A stretch of DNA of 64,000 nt from Epiperipatus broadwayi. Its lineage: Eukaryota > Animalia > Onychophora. Location: assembly GCA_028023455.1 (NCBI GenBank), contig JAQFVV010000008.1:7440001-7504000 (forward strand), in the 5' to 3' direction. The position numbers and the translations under genes are program-made. Within the stretch, counting starts at the first letter, position 1. The number at the start of each line of letters is the position of its first letter. Shown here in pieces: positions 63,476-64,000 of the stretch. The notes beneath the pieces are model-generated. The model did no database searches. It saw only the letters and a program-made list of their open reading frames with translations, and was not told where the DNA came from.

Positions 63476-64000
63476 ATTAATTAAAGAAAAATTCCCTAAA
63501 ATGTAATTAGGAAATGTAAAATGTAAACAATAGAACGGCAGCTTTCTTTAATTAAAAAAACCAACTAAATGCATTGATTATCCTCAGGGCAGATTAAATA
63601 GAACCTAAAAATATCTTCACAAAAATGTGAAAAATCAAGATAAGAAAAGAGGCCATCTTAGACTTGCTGGAGACATTCACTTAAACTTTAGCTTTGCTCT
63701 CGAGTCTCCAAAATATATAAAATAATTTGTTCCTGCCAAGGTATGACCGAGTAAAGCACCTAGATTATTCTCCATCGGGAGATGGCCTATCGGATGCTGA
63801 ACTTTCCATTGCCCATCATAAATTCACCATGAAGATCTGCTGCCTGAAATAAATGAAAAGCTGCTGCTGCTGCTGTGAAATTAAATGAAATATCTAAATA
63901 CAAGAAAGACTTGCCACTCGTGAACTTTTTGCTGCTAAACTAATGGAATCAGAAAACTTCTTAGAAAACAGGTACCTGTCTGAGTTCAAACTCTAGAGTA

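Noticed and set aside
62100-64000. Search for the next SRP72 exon (expected G-KGTQG)
   Set aside because: No matching exon found; it presumably lies beyond the window end.
1-64000. Remaining short ORFs in the six-frame track, plus CRISPR, rRNA and functional tRNA genes
   Set aside because: The short ORFs are low-complexity chance frames or antisense shadows of TE genes; there is no repeat-spacer array, no rRNA, and the only tRNA-like sequence is a decayed SINE head.

Overview
This is AT-rich eukaryotic (metazoan, probably arthropod) genomic DNA. The whole window lies inside one + strand host gene, SRP72 (signal recognition particle 72 kDa subunit). Seven short coding exons (703 nt in total) join in frame across introns of 3.9-16.2 kb, and the gene continues beyond both window ends. 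One intron (41502-50563) has a minor-spliceosome (U12-type) donor, GTATCCTT. The introns are packed with transposons: three Mag-like Ty3/Gypsy LTR elements with 5-bp TSDs and tRNA-Ser PBSs (one near-complete, two internally deleted), two probable large solo LTRs inserted in (TA)n, three RTE-type LINE copies, another APE/RT LINE, three Penelope-like (GIY-YIG) remnants (two with inverted arms), a hAT MITE, a tRNA-derived SINE, a Helentron/HINE-like element and several long palindromes. The least routine signals are: (i) the 9-kb U12 intron; (ii) minimal hammerhead-ribozyme motifs, one with a compensatory U3-A8 core in a Penelope inverted arm and two in a non-coding ~414-bp tandem repeat resembling a retrozyme; (iii) a gag-protease-only LTR element carrying a tandem array of PBS copies plus an antisense PBS; (iv) a cluster of three fold-back structures just before an exon. 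I see no clear evidence of a wholly new protein-coding system. All alignments and identities were made by eye, and boundaries marked approximate may be off by tens of bases.
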